64,000 nucleotides of DNA from Eledone cirrhosa (lineage: Eukaryota), in the NCBI GenBank assembly GCA_964016885.1, contig OZ024740.1, positions 390,600,001 to 390,664,000 on the forward strand. Direction: 5' to 3'. The notes under the pieces are model-generated. The model did not search any database and was not told the origin of the DNA. It saw only the letters and a list, made by a program, of their open reading frames with translations. Position 1 is the stretch's first letter. The number at the start of each line of letters is the position of its first letter. The position numbers were made by a program, and so were the translations under genes. Shown here one piece after another: positions 35,086 through 47,372 of the stretch.

Positions 35086-36006
35086 TATATATATATATGA
35101 TGTTATATGATGTGATATGATATGATATGATATAATATTAAAACTAGCACAACGCTGGCAAAAAGAGTCTGGCAGCTAAAAGAAACAGGAGTACCGCATG
35201 AAATAACATTGAAGATGCTGGAGAAGTCTATACCTGACATAAATAAAACTAAGAGATTCCCACTCTACCCCAGTGAAAAATGTAGGATTCTACAAGGATT
35301 ATACTCTCGAAACAAGTATCTAAATTCCCAAACTGAAGATTTAGACATAGTTTTCATTGGAAAAGCTATCTTCTATTCAACTTCAAACCCATACTCCAAT
35401 ATTCCTCCTCACCAGACCTACTTTTTCCTCCATGACCGTCTTTTCTATCATCTATACATGTAGAAAAATGTACATATAACAGATACTCAAGTACATACAC
35501 GCAAACAAGATATACACAACATAACAAACACCCTCTTATTTTTAGTGTTCAGGTTTTAATTCTTTGGAAATCTTTAGAAAAAAGCCTTTAAAAAGGTTTA
35601 AGATTTACAAAATGACATTACACAATAGATAGCACACATACATTTCATATCTTTTAGCGTTCAGGTTTGAATCTTTGAGAGAAGTTTTAGAAGGGGATTA
35701 AAATTTACAGGATCTGCTCAGACAATGTTTACCATGTGTTTTTCCATCTAATATTCAACAGCTTTAAAGTTAAAACTGGACAGAAGATATTCTAAAACCA
35801 ATCTTTCAAATATATTGAATACCTGGATATATATAGTTAATATAATTTAAACTCCAACTTATGCATTTATCAATTTTAAATTTTTGTGATATATGTTAGA
35901 ATGTTCCTAACATTATAGTTTTACATAAATAACACTGAAAGTCACATACACACACGCATATATATATACCACACATACACACATACTCATGCACACGCAC
36001 ACAAAT

Positions 36007-36046
<40 letters not shown>

Positions 36047-36949
36047 TGAAAAATATTGGATTTTGCAAAACCTTAAATCACCAAAGACCTGCCTAAACAC
36101 AAAGACAGAAATTTTCACCAGTTGCCCACACATGAAATCACACCTGCTTTCCAGCTCATATAAACTTAACACACTTTCAGATACTTATCCTCCATAAGTT
36201 CTTATTCTCTTTAAGACTACCTTTTCTGATTTACTTTCATTTTTAACCTTATTATTAATTTCATTTTTTTTTTTTTTTTTTTTTTTTTTATTTTAATTTT
36301 TTTTTTGTTTTTTATTTTTTTATTTTTTTATTTATTTTTTTTTTTTTTGTTTGTTTTTTTATTATTAATATTTTTTTTTATTTTTTTTTTATTTTTTTTT
36401 TTTATTTCACATCCACCACTAACCCCCCCCCCCTTTATTTTCCGATTCACTTACCTAATATCTTCACTTTCCACTTTTTACTTCCCTATATTCTTCACTA
36501 CCTGATTACAGAGGTCACTTGCGTTTTCCACTCCAGATATTTTCTGTTATTTCGCAGCCATTTTTATATTTTTTTATATTTGTACTCACTTATTCACAAG
36601 GCCGTTTTTACACCCTGTATCTATGTGTCTGAGCGTCTTTATGTGTGTATACTTTCTGTATATGTACACGAACGCCTCCGTATGTGCGCGCGCGTGCGTG
36701 TGTATATATATTTTCTACTAAAAATTTCAAAAATTGAATTTGTGTTTGTCTCATGTTTTATAGACGTTACATTTTAGTTATCCCAAAAATGTAATTCTTA
36801 ATTTAAAATCAATAATAGATGAAAACTTAAATTAATATTCTAATTTTTTTTCTGAATTCTTAGCCACTAAGAAAATATTAACAACATAAATGCTCCCATC
36901 TACGTTAAGCATTTTCCGATATATACTGACAGTAAAAAGGCTGCAATAG

Positions 36950-37880
36950 TACCACATATACCATATACTTTTTTTAAATTAAAAGTGCTTATCAGTATTA
37001 TCAGAAAAAACCTACCTGAAATGTTTACTACATGAAACAAATAGAACATTTACTTCTTTAAAAAAGAACCATCATTCTTTATGGTAATACATGTTCAAAT
37101 ACCTATTGCCTTAAATAATTGTTTCTACTTTTGGCACAAGGCCAGCAATAAACCAGTACATTACTGGTACTTTATTTTATCGACTCCGTAAGGATGAAAG
37201 GCAAAGCTAACCTCGACGGGATTTTAACTCAGACCATAAAGGGACGTAACTATGCTAGAAAGCATGGCGTCCAACCCTCTACCGATACTGCCAATTCACC
37301 GCCCTTAAATAATATTAATATTTCTGCAGAAATAGTACCACCAAACTAAATAAAGAAGAGGACCTAATTTGGTAACTACTCCAAAACCAAATTTCAGTAT
37401 GATAAACCACAAATATAACATCCAGACTTTTAGACCCGCAAAAATGTATCTCAAAATTATTAGCAAAAATATATTTTATCGCAATATACACAGCACAAAT
37501 TAAAATCAATGTTATTACTGTGGAATATTTTAACTGCGTGATGAAGTGACTCAGTTCAATCCATAAAAATAAGAAATGTTCATTTACCAGTTCGATTTGA
37601 GAGAATATTACCTGTTGATAATCAAACCCATTCTCACTACAACTATGAACATCCTCATATCGTAAACATTTTGACATCAGCATGGAAGAGAAATATTTTG
37701 CTGAAATTTGAGATATTGTAGTTCCATTAAAATTTGTATACTCCCGATATATCACGCTACCTTTAAATAATTTAGTATAGTGTCTTTATAAAACTCAGTA
37801 AGAAAACAACAATACATCTACAAATCTTCTAACTTGCCAAATGCATTCTCGAAAACCTTGTAAAAGGCATTTCCTTAAGA
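36950..37880 (-). mobile_element. Decayed Penelope-like RT remnant (tentative)
   Basis: ORF 37315-37755 has RYED (RYVDD-like) and E.VNEHFLFL (E.E.N..LPFLD-like). Confidence 0.35.
37120..37302 (-). mobile_element. tRNA-derived SINE family A
   Basis: Reverse complement of the family; TSD CCTTAAATAAT at 37109-37119 / 37303-37313. Confidence 0.9.
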
Positions 37881-37989
37881 CGGTCATTTTTATCCTCTAA
37901 TAGGAAAAAGCATATACAGAGAAATCTGAACACTATAACAACTCACTGAGGAAAAGTGAGGAACAACAACACACACACACACACACACG

Positions 37990-38069
<80 letters not shown>

Positions 38070-38620
38070 TTCCTCACATTTATATTTACGTATCTTAATA
38101 TGGTTCCTCATAAATTTACTTAGATATACCCTCGCCAAAGTGGTTGTATATGTTTGCAAATATTGGAATATATATTTTCATCACTTCCATGATTAGCCTT
38201 TCTTTGTTATATCCCATTCTTCTATGCAAACTTTAATTCTGCTATAACGCCCAAATATTAAATGCATATATTTCGATTACAATATTTGCTTACTTTCACT
38301 TTTAATATCCTATAGCTTAATGAACCATTCATGTGTTTATTTATCAACTCTATTTTATTTAAACAACAATAAGGCAGGCTAAACTTAAATTAGTTTAGCC
38401 TACCTTATTTAATAAAATTCTTTTATCTACAAGTTGTTCTCCCAATTTAATTTTAATGAACACAGTTATTTGATCAGCGATATTACTTCGTTAATTTTGC
38501 TCCCAAATCGGCATAATTTAACAAAACTTAATTATAAGGCCTAATAATATTCCTTTCGCTTTTAAAGATTTCCACTCCATTTCATATAATTTAAAATTAT
38601 TTAACAATATTATTATGACA

Positions 38621-38797
38621 AGGATTGGCAGAATTTGTTTGGGCGCTTTACATTCTAAGTTCAAATCCCACCAAGATTAGCTTTGCTTTTCATCCGTTCA
38701 AGGTCGATAAAATGAAGTATCAGTTACGTAGTGGGGTTGATTTAATCGACCCCCCCCCCCCAACCAAATTGTTAGCCTTGTGCTTTAAACAGAAACC
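38621..38797 (+). mobile_element. tRNA-derived SINE family A (internally deleted)
   Basis: Box B AAGTTCAAATCC, body and tail; TSD ATTATT(A/C)TGACA at 38609-38620 / 38798-38809. Confidence 0.8.
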
Positions 38798-39139
38798 ATT
38801 ATTCTGACATCTAAAGAGTTCTTCCTCATCGCAAATAATTTTCATTACTTCCACTGAATTCCAAAATCTGCTAGTTTAATGAATACTTCTATGGCAATTC
38901 GCTCTGTTTTGGCTTTTTCAAAACCACACAAAGGAACATAAGTTTTTTCCCATTTAGAATTCAAAGAATGCGTATTTTGATGGGGTTTTTTTTATCCTAA
39001 TTTGTTTTCTTTCAACATTAGCTACAGTAGGCTAAACAAATGTAATAGTTTCCTATGACATCAGCAGGCCATTTACCCATTCCGTGTATATTATAACCTA
39101 TTATCAATTATAACTGCAATTAAGCCATTTATACATACA

Positions 39140-39752
39140 TGATGGCTGCCCCCTCGTTATCGAGTATGGCCTTTGCACGATATACCATTATTAGTTATTA
39201 TTAATTAATTCTATCATGTAATGCCTGTGCGTGAAGAATTTTTTTAAAGTGAGGAAAAACTATGCACTGAGCCAATCCCACTCTCTGAGCGACAGTAGCT
39301 ATAACCTGAAAAGAAGAAAAGATGAACATTATTGGTAACTACTGAGCCGTAGATTTTATGTCGGAGTTATCCCAGTTTCCTGAGTTGCCTTCTCCTAGCA
39401 GAATGCCCTGACAAAGGCTAGGGGTCCTTCACTCCCAGTGGTTTAACCGCGCGATCGGGTGCCCAACCCGACTATTTCTATGTCCCCGCGCATATACATA
39501 CACATGCATCCATGAATACACATATACGTACATATGTACATGTGCATATACATATTTACACACTTTTCGATGGCCGTTGACTCTTATGAGTTCTTCGCCC
39601 TTTGTCAGGTTTTGCTTTTTGTCCTGCAGGGTGTCCAAAATCACCCTCCTCACCAACTTGGTGGGGTTGCCAGTTTAGTCACTGACGACCCGACCATGCG
39701 ATAGGTTGTACTGGGTTACATGATACTAGTAGCACTCAAAAGCGACCCGACA
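39140..39752. mobile_element. Non-coding interspersed repeat, same family as 24765-25330
   Basis: Collinear shared blocks; microsatellite inserted at 39490-39560. Confidence 0.7.
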
Positions 39753-40200
39753 TAGACATATATACATACATATATACATACATACATACATGCACACACA
39801 CTGACATTAACATTTTGACTTGAGGACCGCCTGTAGGAGTGTTTACTTGTCCAAAGACGTCCCTCAAGTAAATACTCCTTTTTTTTCCACTTTTCAAATT
39901 TTCAACTTGGTATTCTCTCTTCCTTTACGATGAGTATGGGTTCTACGTAACCCTGTTTTTGTAATTCTGTAGAAGTTACCTGATAAGACCGTCCTGTCTT
40001 GCATCATAATTGGATGATGGAGCTGGGCCATTGAAATATGTATACTGATTTCACGGAATTAACATTTACAACATATCTTTCAGTACGGCCTTCTGTTGTC
40101 ATTTTATATACTTTACTCCATTTCCTGCGCCAACCACGATGGATTACATCCTTAATGTCGATTGCTTCGAAAATTCGTTGCTATAAACATATATAGATAG

Positions 40201-40281
<81 letters not shown>

Positions 40282-40408
40282 ACTAACATATATATATACT
40301 GTATATGCAGAGGTTATATTTAATTTGACTATCCAGGAAGCTCAAACCGTTAAGGTTGTCTTTTTTCAAGGTATGTCAATATTTATTTATAAAACTAATT
40401 CTGTATTG

Positions 40409-40474
40409 TATTTTATCTGATGAAAGCGCACCATAATTTGCCTTGGTGGCCCTTGAAATATGTATAATAAAATA
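40409..40474 (+). ncRNA. Type I hammerhead ribozyme motif (Penelope pLTR-like)
   Basis: TATTTTAT-CTGATGA-AAGCGCACC..GGTGGCCCTT-GAAA-TATGTA-TA-ATAAAATA; perfect 8-bp stem I and complete core. Confidence 0.75.
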
Positions 40475-41058
40475 AATATGGTTTTATAAATATAGTTTCC
40501 ATTTGTTAATATATTGTATACTGTATATATGTTAGTTCTCTATAAAAAGGTTGAGATTGTGTTATAAGATATATTGATATAATCCATATTTCTATGAAGG
40601 CATTTGTCTTTCATTCGCATGTAAGATAAATACCTGTGTATACATATAGCAGTTTCATATCATTATTGATGTTGAAATTGAATACCTGCACAGTGATTAT
40701 TTATGATGCGATTATTATTTAATTTCCATTATTTCAGCCTCACCAAAAAACGGAGGTAGTATGTAGAATTGCTAGAGTGTCGGACAAAATTTCGACGTCA
40801 AATTTGCTTTTCATTTTCCCGCAGTTCATAAAATATAGTACCAATCAAGTACTTGGACTTGTGCTGAAATCAGAATGAATTATTTCAGACTCACCGATGA
40901 CGGCGTTTTAAATGCCACACGGAAATATTTGGTATGAGGAAAGAATCCGGTTTACCAACATATAGCATACTCTAAATAACTTGCATGAAAATGCTCTCTC
41001 TCTCTCTCTTTCTCCCCCCCCCCCCTTCTCTATCTATCTATCTATCTATCTATCTATC

Positions 41059-41423
41059 AAATACCACTTTTGAAGAAGAATCAGGATGGAGAGAGAGGTG
41101 CTGCACCCCAGCAAGTTTTATGAAAGGTGGGTGAAAGTGGCGAGAATGGCCCGAGTGAATGGGCCTTCTCTCTATATCAGCCTGTAGGTTGAGGAAAAGG
41201 AGGAGGAGAGGAAAGGAGTACAAACTCTTCGTACTCCTGGAGTTGAGGGTTGCACATTTTTTCGGGGGTATGTGTTACCCATATGAACTGTCTCCCCCTA
41301 TTGGGGAAAATCGACTAACTTTTAAATTGCATTTGTGATAACATTTTACACGTTTTTATTGTATGTAAACTTCCCCCTTTGTATTTGTCCCCTTCTTTTG
41401 TGCCCCTGTGGCTAATAAAGAAA
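41059..41423 (+). mobile_element. 3'-terminal fragment of a Tx1-type element in (TCTA)n
   Basis: KYHF*RRIRMEREVLHPSKFYERWVKVARMARVNGPSL; 3' end CCCTGTGGCTAATAAAGAAA; (TCTA)n on both sides. Confidence 0.88.
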
Positions 41424-41565
41424 CATATCTATCTATCTATCTATCTCTCTTTCTCTCTCTCTCCATATCCCCCCCCCCCTCTCTCTCTCTCTCTCTCACA
41501 CACATACATATATAAATACATATACGGTATATTTATATGCAAATTCTACATATTCGCCATTTTAG

Positions 41566-41696
41566 ATTTCGGTGTCGATCGTCTTCTAGAACTCTCAGAA
41601 AAATCAATGATTCCATGGTTAATGAGCAATGTGACAGACAACATAACTGAGAAACCGCTGGCAAACGGAGCTCTTTCATATATGCTGCAATGGAAT
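41566..41696 (+). CDS. 5'-nucleotidase-like gene, third coding exon (cut by assembly gap)
   Basis: TTTTAG|AT, phase 1; DFGVDRLLELSEKSMIPWLMSNVTDNITEKPLANG continues GNHDF-DFG..PWL.SN. Confidence 0.9.
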
Positions 41697-41896
41697 NNNN
41701 NNNNNNNNNNNNNNNNNNNNNNNNNNNNNNNNNNNNNNNNNNNNNNNNNNNNNNNNNNNNNNNNNNNNNNNNNNNNNNNNNNNNNNNNNNNNNNNNNNNN
41801 NNNNNNNNNNNNNNNNNNNNNNNNNNNNNNNNNNNNNNNNNNNNNNNNNNNNNNNNNNNNNNNNNNNNNNNNNNNNNNNNNNNNNNNNNNNNNNNN
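41697..41896. other. Assembly gap (200 N)
   Basis: Run of N. Confidence 1.
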
Positions 41897-41980
41897 AAAC
41901 AACACCGTACGTTAAAACTTTCCATAGTATAGAGTACTCACAACCTCTAACTGGATTACCTAAAACGATAACTTGTTATC

Positions 41981-42016
<36 letters not shown>

Positions 42017-42378
42017 GCATGCGCAAAGAAGACAAAATAAAATAAACAAACAAGCAAATAAATAAATAAATATATAGACAGAATGAATAAAAAATGGCGT
42101 AGACATACAACACAACAGGAGGAAAATATAACACCACTGACGATGTTGCAGATGTGCAACGAAAGATTTATGTAAATTATGTAAACTATATATATGTGTT
42201 TATGTCTATATTGTATCTGTGATATTTTTGACCGTCGGTCAGTCAATGGCAACATTGAGGACCGAGTAAGCTAGATTACAGATATAAAAGACAGCGAGAA
42301 GCGAAAACCAACCAAACAGTGAGTGTGTTCTGTTATTAATTCTGGCAATATTACACAAATATGACCCTCCCCAAGTAT

Positions 42379-42477
<99 letters not shown>

Positions 42478-42744
42478 GCCAATCATTGTAAGTTTGAATC
42501 TGACATGCAAAAACATATATATAAGAATAAAGTAAGGCCAGATCATAGTAGATTCAAATATCTCAAAGAGAGATAGAGGGGAAAGGGGGGGGGGGGGAAA
42601 TAAGGTGCAACAGAAATGAAACAGGGATTACAGGTTAAAATATAGTCTAGATAGGTGTGAAACAAAATGAGGATGTAGTTTATGGAACACCCAAATGATT
42701 TAGAAGTCGACGTTAAGTAGGAGCAATAACATATAAAAGACATG

Positions 42745-43115
42745 AACGACTCCACAACACTTTGTTTTGAAAATGTTGAAAGTAGGATATAAATATTAAT
42801 TTTCATAAGACTTTCGTAGTTGTCTCTGTGGCCTAGTGGTAGGAACTAGAGACAGTGGAGATCCTGGCCTTGGTTTCAATCCTGGTCAAGAGGTACATGT
42901 AACGTTTTTCAGTTTTTATTTTGCAACCCATAGAAAAAAACGGAAAAGGTTTACTGGGAACCCTACTATCGACCAGGATCGAACTTCAGACCAGGATCAC
43001 CACCGTCTATGATTCCTCCAACTAGACCACCGAGACAGCCACAAAAATATGATGAAAATTGATAATTATAAACCTACTTTCAAAATCAAATTTTAAAAGA
43101 TGTGGTGTTGTTCAT
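42745..43115. repeat. Diverged inverted-repeat element with tRNA-like arms
   Basis: GTCTCTGTGGCCTAGTGG..GGTTTCAATCCTGGTC (42822-42887) and reverse-complement copy (42972-43037); outer flanks also inverted. Confidence 0.7.
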
Positions 43116-43176
43116 GGCTTTCCTGGAGTTATTAGTAATATTTAGGGCCGACTTCTGGTCATTATTGAAAGTCTCT

Positions 43177-43360
43177 GGCGGTGGATTGGCAGTATCGGTG
43201 GAGGGTCGGACGCCATGCTTTCCAGCATAGTTACGTCCCTTTACGATCTGAGTTCAAATCCCGCCAAGGTTGACTTTGCCTTTCATCCTTACGGGGTCGA
43301 TAAAATAAAGTACCAGTAATGCACTGGGTAATTGCTGGCCTTGTGCCTAAAGTAGAAACA
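43177..43360 (+). mobile_element. tRNA-derived SINE family A, young copy
   Basis: Perfect TSD ATTATTGAAAGTCTCT at 43161-43176 / 43361-43376. Confidence 0.93.
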
Positions 43361-43751
43361 ATTATTGAAAGTCTCTGGATTTCGCAAAATACATAATATT
43401 TTTTATTGGAGAAGGTAAGATATTTTTCCGCAGAAATTTTATTGCACTTTTTTGTTTCCACTTATGTATTTTTTGAAAATGTTATTTCTTCATTATAAAA
43501 ATTAAATGATAGTATTCTGTATGTAGGTGGGCCCCATTCATCTGGCAACCAATATTTTTAGACCCAGTCCGCCACTGTATATATATATATTTATATATAT
43601 ATATGTAGAAGTTATATTTAATTTGTTGGGATTCCAACAAACTTAAAAGTTTATAACTGATATAGAGCACTCAACAGTTTACTGGAGTATATATTCAATA
43701 TATTAATAAATGGAAACTATATTTATAAAACCATAATTATTTTATTATATA

Positions 43752-44878
43752 CTAGCATTAAAGCCCGGCGTTGCTCGGGATCAGTAAGTTACCAAAGTTA
43801 GGTTGCACCACCCATTTTATGGCAGCACTTTTTTGTCTGCCAGGCACTGGGTGAATGAATTTCAGACCTGGACTGCCGAAGCAGGAGCTGCGCCAGCAGT
43901 GACAATTGTAGTTTCGCCTATGGATATTATCTCTGTGCAAAGAAGTGTTAAAATTTATTGTTTCACAGTACTTGCGCAACACGCGCGTAGACGATGCCAG
44001 CCGAACAACAGAGCTGCGATGGAGTTGTTCTGCATGGTTGTCTAATGTGTGTTTTCTAAATTTAAGACAGTAGGGAGGAGTGTGATATGGGGGTGAGTTA
44101 GCTGCTGTTTCTAGCAGGTTTAGTGACCCCATAGAGGATATGTTTTCTAAATTTAAGACAGCAGGGAGAAGTGTGATATGGGGGAGAGTTAGCTGCTCTT
44201 TCTAGCAGGTTTAGTGACCTCATAGAGAATATGTTTTCTAAATTTAAGACAGTAGAGAGAGGTGTGATATGGGGAGTGTTAGCTGCTGTTTCTAGCAGGT
44301 TTAGTGACCTCATAGAGGATATTATTGTGTATAGTAAATGAACTGATACTTCTTTCTTCCACGTTCGTTGATAGATGTTTTAAAAAAGATTTATCGCTAT
44401 TTTTGTTGTTGTTGAATAAATTTATCTGTTGCTTTTGAATAATTGTTGTTTCGTATGAAATGTAATAAGTTCTCTTTGTCATTGAAGTAAATAAATGTTT
44501 GACCGTTCCACACTCACAAACAAAGGTTCTCTCTCTCTCTCTCTCCCTCTCACTCTCTCTCTCTTAAAGTTTGTAAGCTTAATCGTATATAAGAGAAAGT
44601 TGCAGCATGTATGTAGTTTTATCGAATTTTAAGGAAAGTAGAGAGAGAGTAAATCAGATTGTATTAGAGGGGTAAAGCGTCATGTATTTAGTTTTATCGA
44701 TTATTTCCGTAATTGTGGGTGAGTTTGAATGAAATAAATAGTCGTTGACCTAAGTTAGACCATTTACAACATTCTTACAGACTTTGAGTCGAATCGGTTT
44801 GAAATTGTGCAAATGTATAAACATGGAACATGCACACACACACAACAACAACAACAATCTGCCTTTTATAGATAATGA
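43752..44878 (-). mobile_element. Non-autonomous Helitron
   Basis: 5' TC at 44878, 3' CTAG at 43752, subterminal hairpin CCCGAGCAACGCCGGG; inserted between A and T with no TSD. Confidence 0.88.
44051..44321. repeat. 91-bp tandem repeat x3 inside the Helitron
   Basis: GTTTTCTAAATTTAAGACAG at 44051, 44142 and 44233. Confidence 0.92.
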
Positions 44879-46406
44879 TATTTCAAGGGCAACCAAGCCA
44901 ATCTTGGTGCGTTTTCATCAGATAAAATACAAAATTTGTTTTATAAATAGTGACATAACCATGGAAAACAACCTTGACGGTTGAAAATTCGCTGGATAGT
45001 GAAAATTTATTAAAATTTATTAAGGGTAATTCAAAGTTATGTGTGAATATGCAAATGAATATCCGAAAAATTGAAAAAAACAACCGTTTATTTAAATTAC
45101 GCTGTGGGAAGAAGAGAGAGAAAAGTAAAATATTAGTATATGTAGAAATAGAGTGAAGAAATAGAGTGAAGAAAGAGCGAAGAAAGAAGCTTATCCAAGG
45201 ATGAGCTCATATAACGTAAATAAGTCTTATGTTTATGTTACATATTTATGTTACGTATATTTACTAATAATTGTTAGAATTCTATTATAATAAATATTTA
45301 TTTACTATTATAAATATATAGAAAATTAGATATATAAAAAAAATAAAGATATCAAAATATATTAAAATATATTAAAATATATTAAAATATATTAAAAAAT
45401 AGATTTAAAATAAATATGAAGTAGAAGCATAGGATAAAATATAGATATAAGGATAGATATAAGGATAGATATATGAGTGGATAGATGGGTATATCATGTT
45501 ATAGATGATAAATTATGAGGGATACTAGTTTATATTTAGTATAAGTATTTAAATTAAATTAAATTAAATTAACTGAGTTAATAAGATTACTTATATGTTT
45601 TTAATGTTTTACATTGGAAAAATATTGAAAATCCCAGTTTTGTTTATTTATTAGTTATTATGAGATAATTTTGACAAAGATATGTTTAAAGATATATTTA
45701 GCCAGAGTTAGTTATTGGTTATAACTCTAATATTAAATAATTAAAAAATTAAAAAATTAAAAATTATTAAAAGTATAAGAAAATATTAAAACCATTGAAA
45801 AATTAAGATTATTAAATATTAAAAATTCTAGACAAAATACTTGAAAATTCCTGGAAACACTTTCAAAGAGATTTTTAAAAGATGTCAAAAAAAACTCCGA
45901 AGATACTCAAAAGCCTTTTAAAAAACATTTAAAAAGTGTTTAAAATTAATTAAAAACCTAAAATTATTCAGAAAATATAAAGAAATATTAAGAAATAATA
46001 TTAAGAAATATTTAAAAATACTTTAAAATATTTTAAAATATTTAAAAATATAGAAAAATACTAAAAATATATTAAAAATATTAAGATAACCCAAATAATC
46101 CTTAAAAAATAGTTTTTTGGGGAAATAAGTAATTTAAAAAAAAAAATTTAAGTAATTTTTCTAAAAAGATTGTGAGATATTTTGGAAGTAAGATAAATAA
46201 TGACAAAAAAATGTAGATATTTAAAAAGTAAAGATTTAAGAAGTAAATTATATATATTTAAGAAGTAAAAGATATTAAAATTTGAATTACATTAAATTTA
46301 AATTTAAAGATTTAGAATTTATGAACATATATGCATATAATTTAAGAAATGAAATTATAGGTGTTTGGATAAAGTAAACATTATGTAGAAAAGATTAAAC
46401 GTGTAA

Positions 46407-47105
46407 TTATATTTTATATATAGATCTAAAAGTTGAGTTTTGGCGATGTTTACAAGAACTAAATAAATTGTTACGTAAATTAATGGAGTTCTTACATTTA
46501 AGTATGAAGAAAATTTCTTCAACACACAATTTGCAAAATTTGGATAAAGCTGTGTTTCTGAAAGCGGATGCCTTTGAAATTACATTCCAAGTTAAAGAAT
46601 AGTCTCTATTTTGGGATTTTAAGTTCCATATCAAGTTGGATAGAGAAGTTGAAGATTTTTTACCAATATTATTAAACGAACATTTATGGTTATTGAAACG
46701 AGATTTAAAGTCCTGTAGAAGTTGAGCCAACATAGTTAAAAATATTATCATTGGTTTTGACATTGCATTTATAGACCACATTTTTAACTAAACAGTTATT
46801 TTTTAAAGGACAGTTAGATTTAATTCTACAATTGCATTTATCAGAGTTTATATTATTCAGAACAGTATTATTATATTGGATATTGCTAGAGGTATTAGTG
46901 CTATTCTGGTTAAGGTTTAGATTTCTATTATTGATTCTATTTATATGTTGTGCTAGGTTCATAGTAGAGTAAGATAGTTTAATTGTATGTCTGTTAAAGA
47001 TTGAGTAATATCTATGGGCCTTGGGAAAACATTTATCAAGAGCTTTAAAAAATAGTTTAGCTAAAGGTGTTTTAATACTTAGTGAAAATGGAGGAGCATA
47101 CCAAA
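46407..47105 (-). mobile_element. 5'-truncated Penelope-like (Neptune-type) element, GIY-YIG end
   Basis: WYAPPFS..FP.AH.Y.SIFNRHTIKLSYS; CNC..KSNCPL.NNCL; VVYKC..YVGST; FKSRFNNH; CKLCVEE; one frameshift; long AT-rich 3' tail 45150-46400. Confidence 0.88.
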
Positions 47106-47372
47106 ATATATATACAATTATGTCGTCAGATCAATTTGCTCGTTATTTTTTCCAGTGTTATTTGAATTAACACAAATATTTTTACCGTAGTATTTTGGAA
47201 AAAACGAACGAATTATCTGAAATTCCAACATTTTCTACATATGTCTATTACTAACTACATATCATAGACATTGAAATAAGCAGTTCATTCCAACTATTTT
47301 ACTGATTGGACTTACAATACATTCTATAGTTCTTTCTCTTTCGAAGGGAGTGCTGTGTGTAATATCACTTCA

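Larger units (their letters stand above)
33890..35340 (+). mobile_element. Decayed Penelope-like element interrupted by a palindromic insert
   Basis: FTIDVISLLTNV (RT) near 33991-34030; KTSTTLAKRVWQLKETG..ITLKMLEKS (GIY-YIG C-terminal part) near 35140-35230. Confidence 0.6.
43738..44929 (-). ncRNA. Type I hammerhead motif split by a Helitron insertion
   Basis: 5' half TATTTTAT-CTGATGA..GAAATA at 44929-44879; 3' half TATATA-ATAAAATA at 43751-43738; paralogue of 40409-40474. Confidence 0.75.

Noticed and set aside
39655-39750. HDV-like ribozyme at the minus-strand start of the repeat (GGTCGCT/AGTGACT pairing)
   Set aside because: A P1-like pairing exists, but P1.1, P2, P3 and the catalytic C strand could not be assigned.
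42131-42175. Hammerhead core CTGACGA-stem-GAAA (also weak cores at 23293-23364 minus and 55112)
   Set aside because: Stem I or stem III is missing or mismatched; at best decayed relics.
45150-46400. Extremely AT-rich tract as an origin or regulatory element
   Set aside because: Lies between a Penelope-like stop codon and its hammerhead, consistent with a low-complexity 3'UTR.
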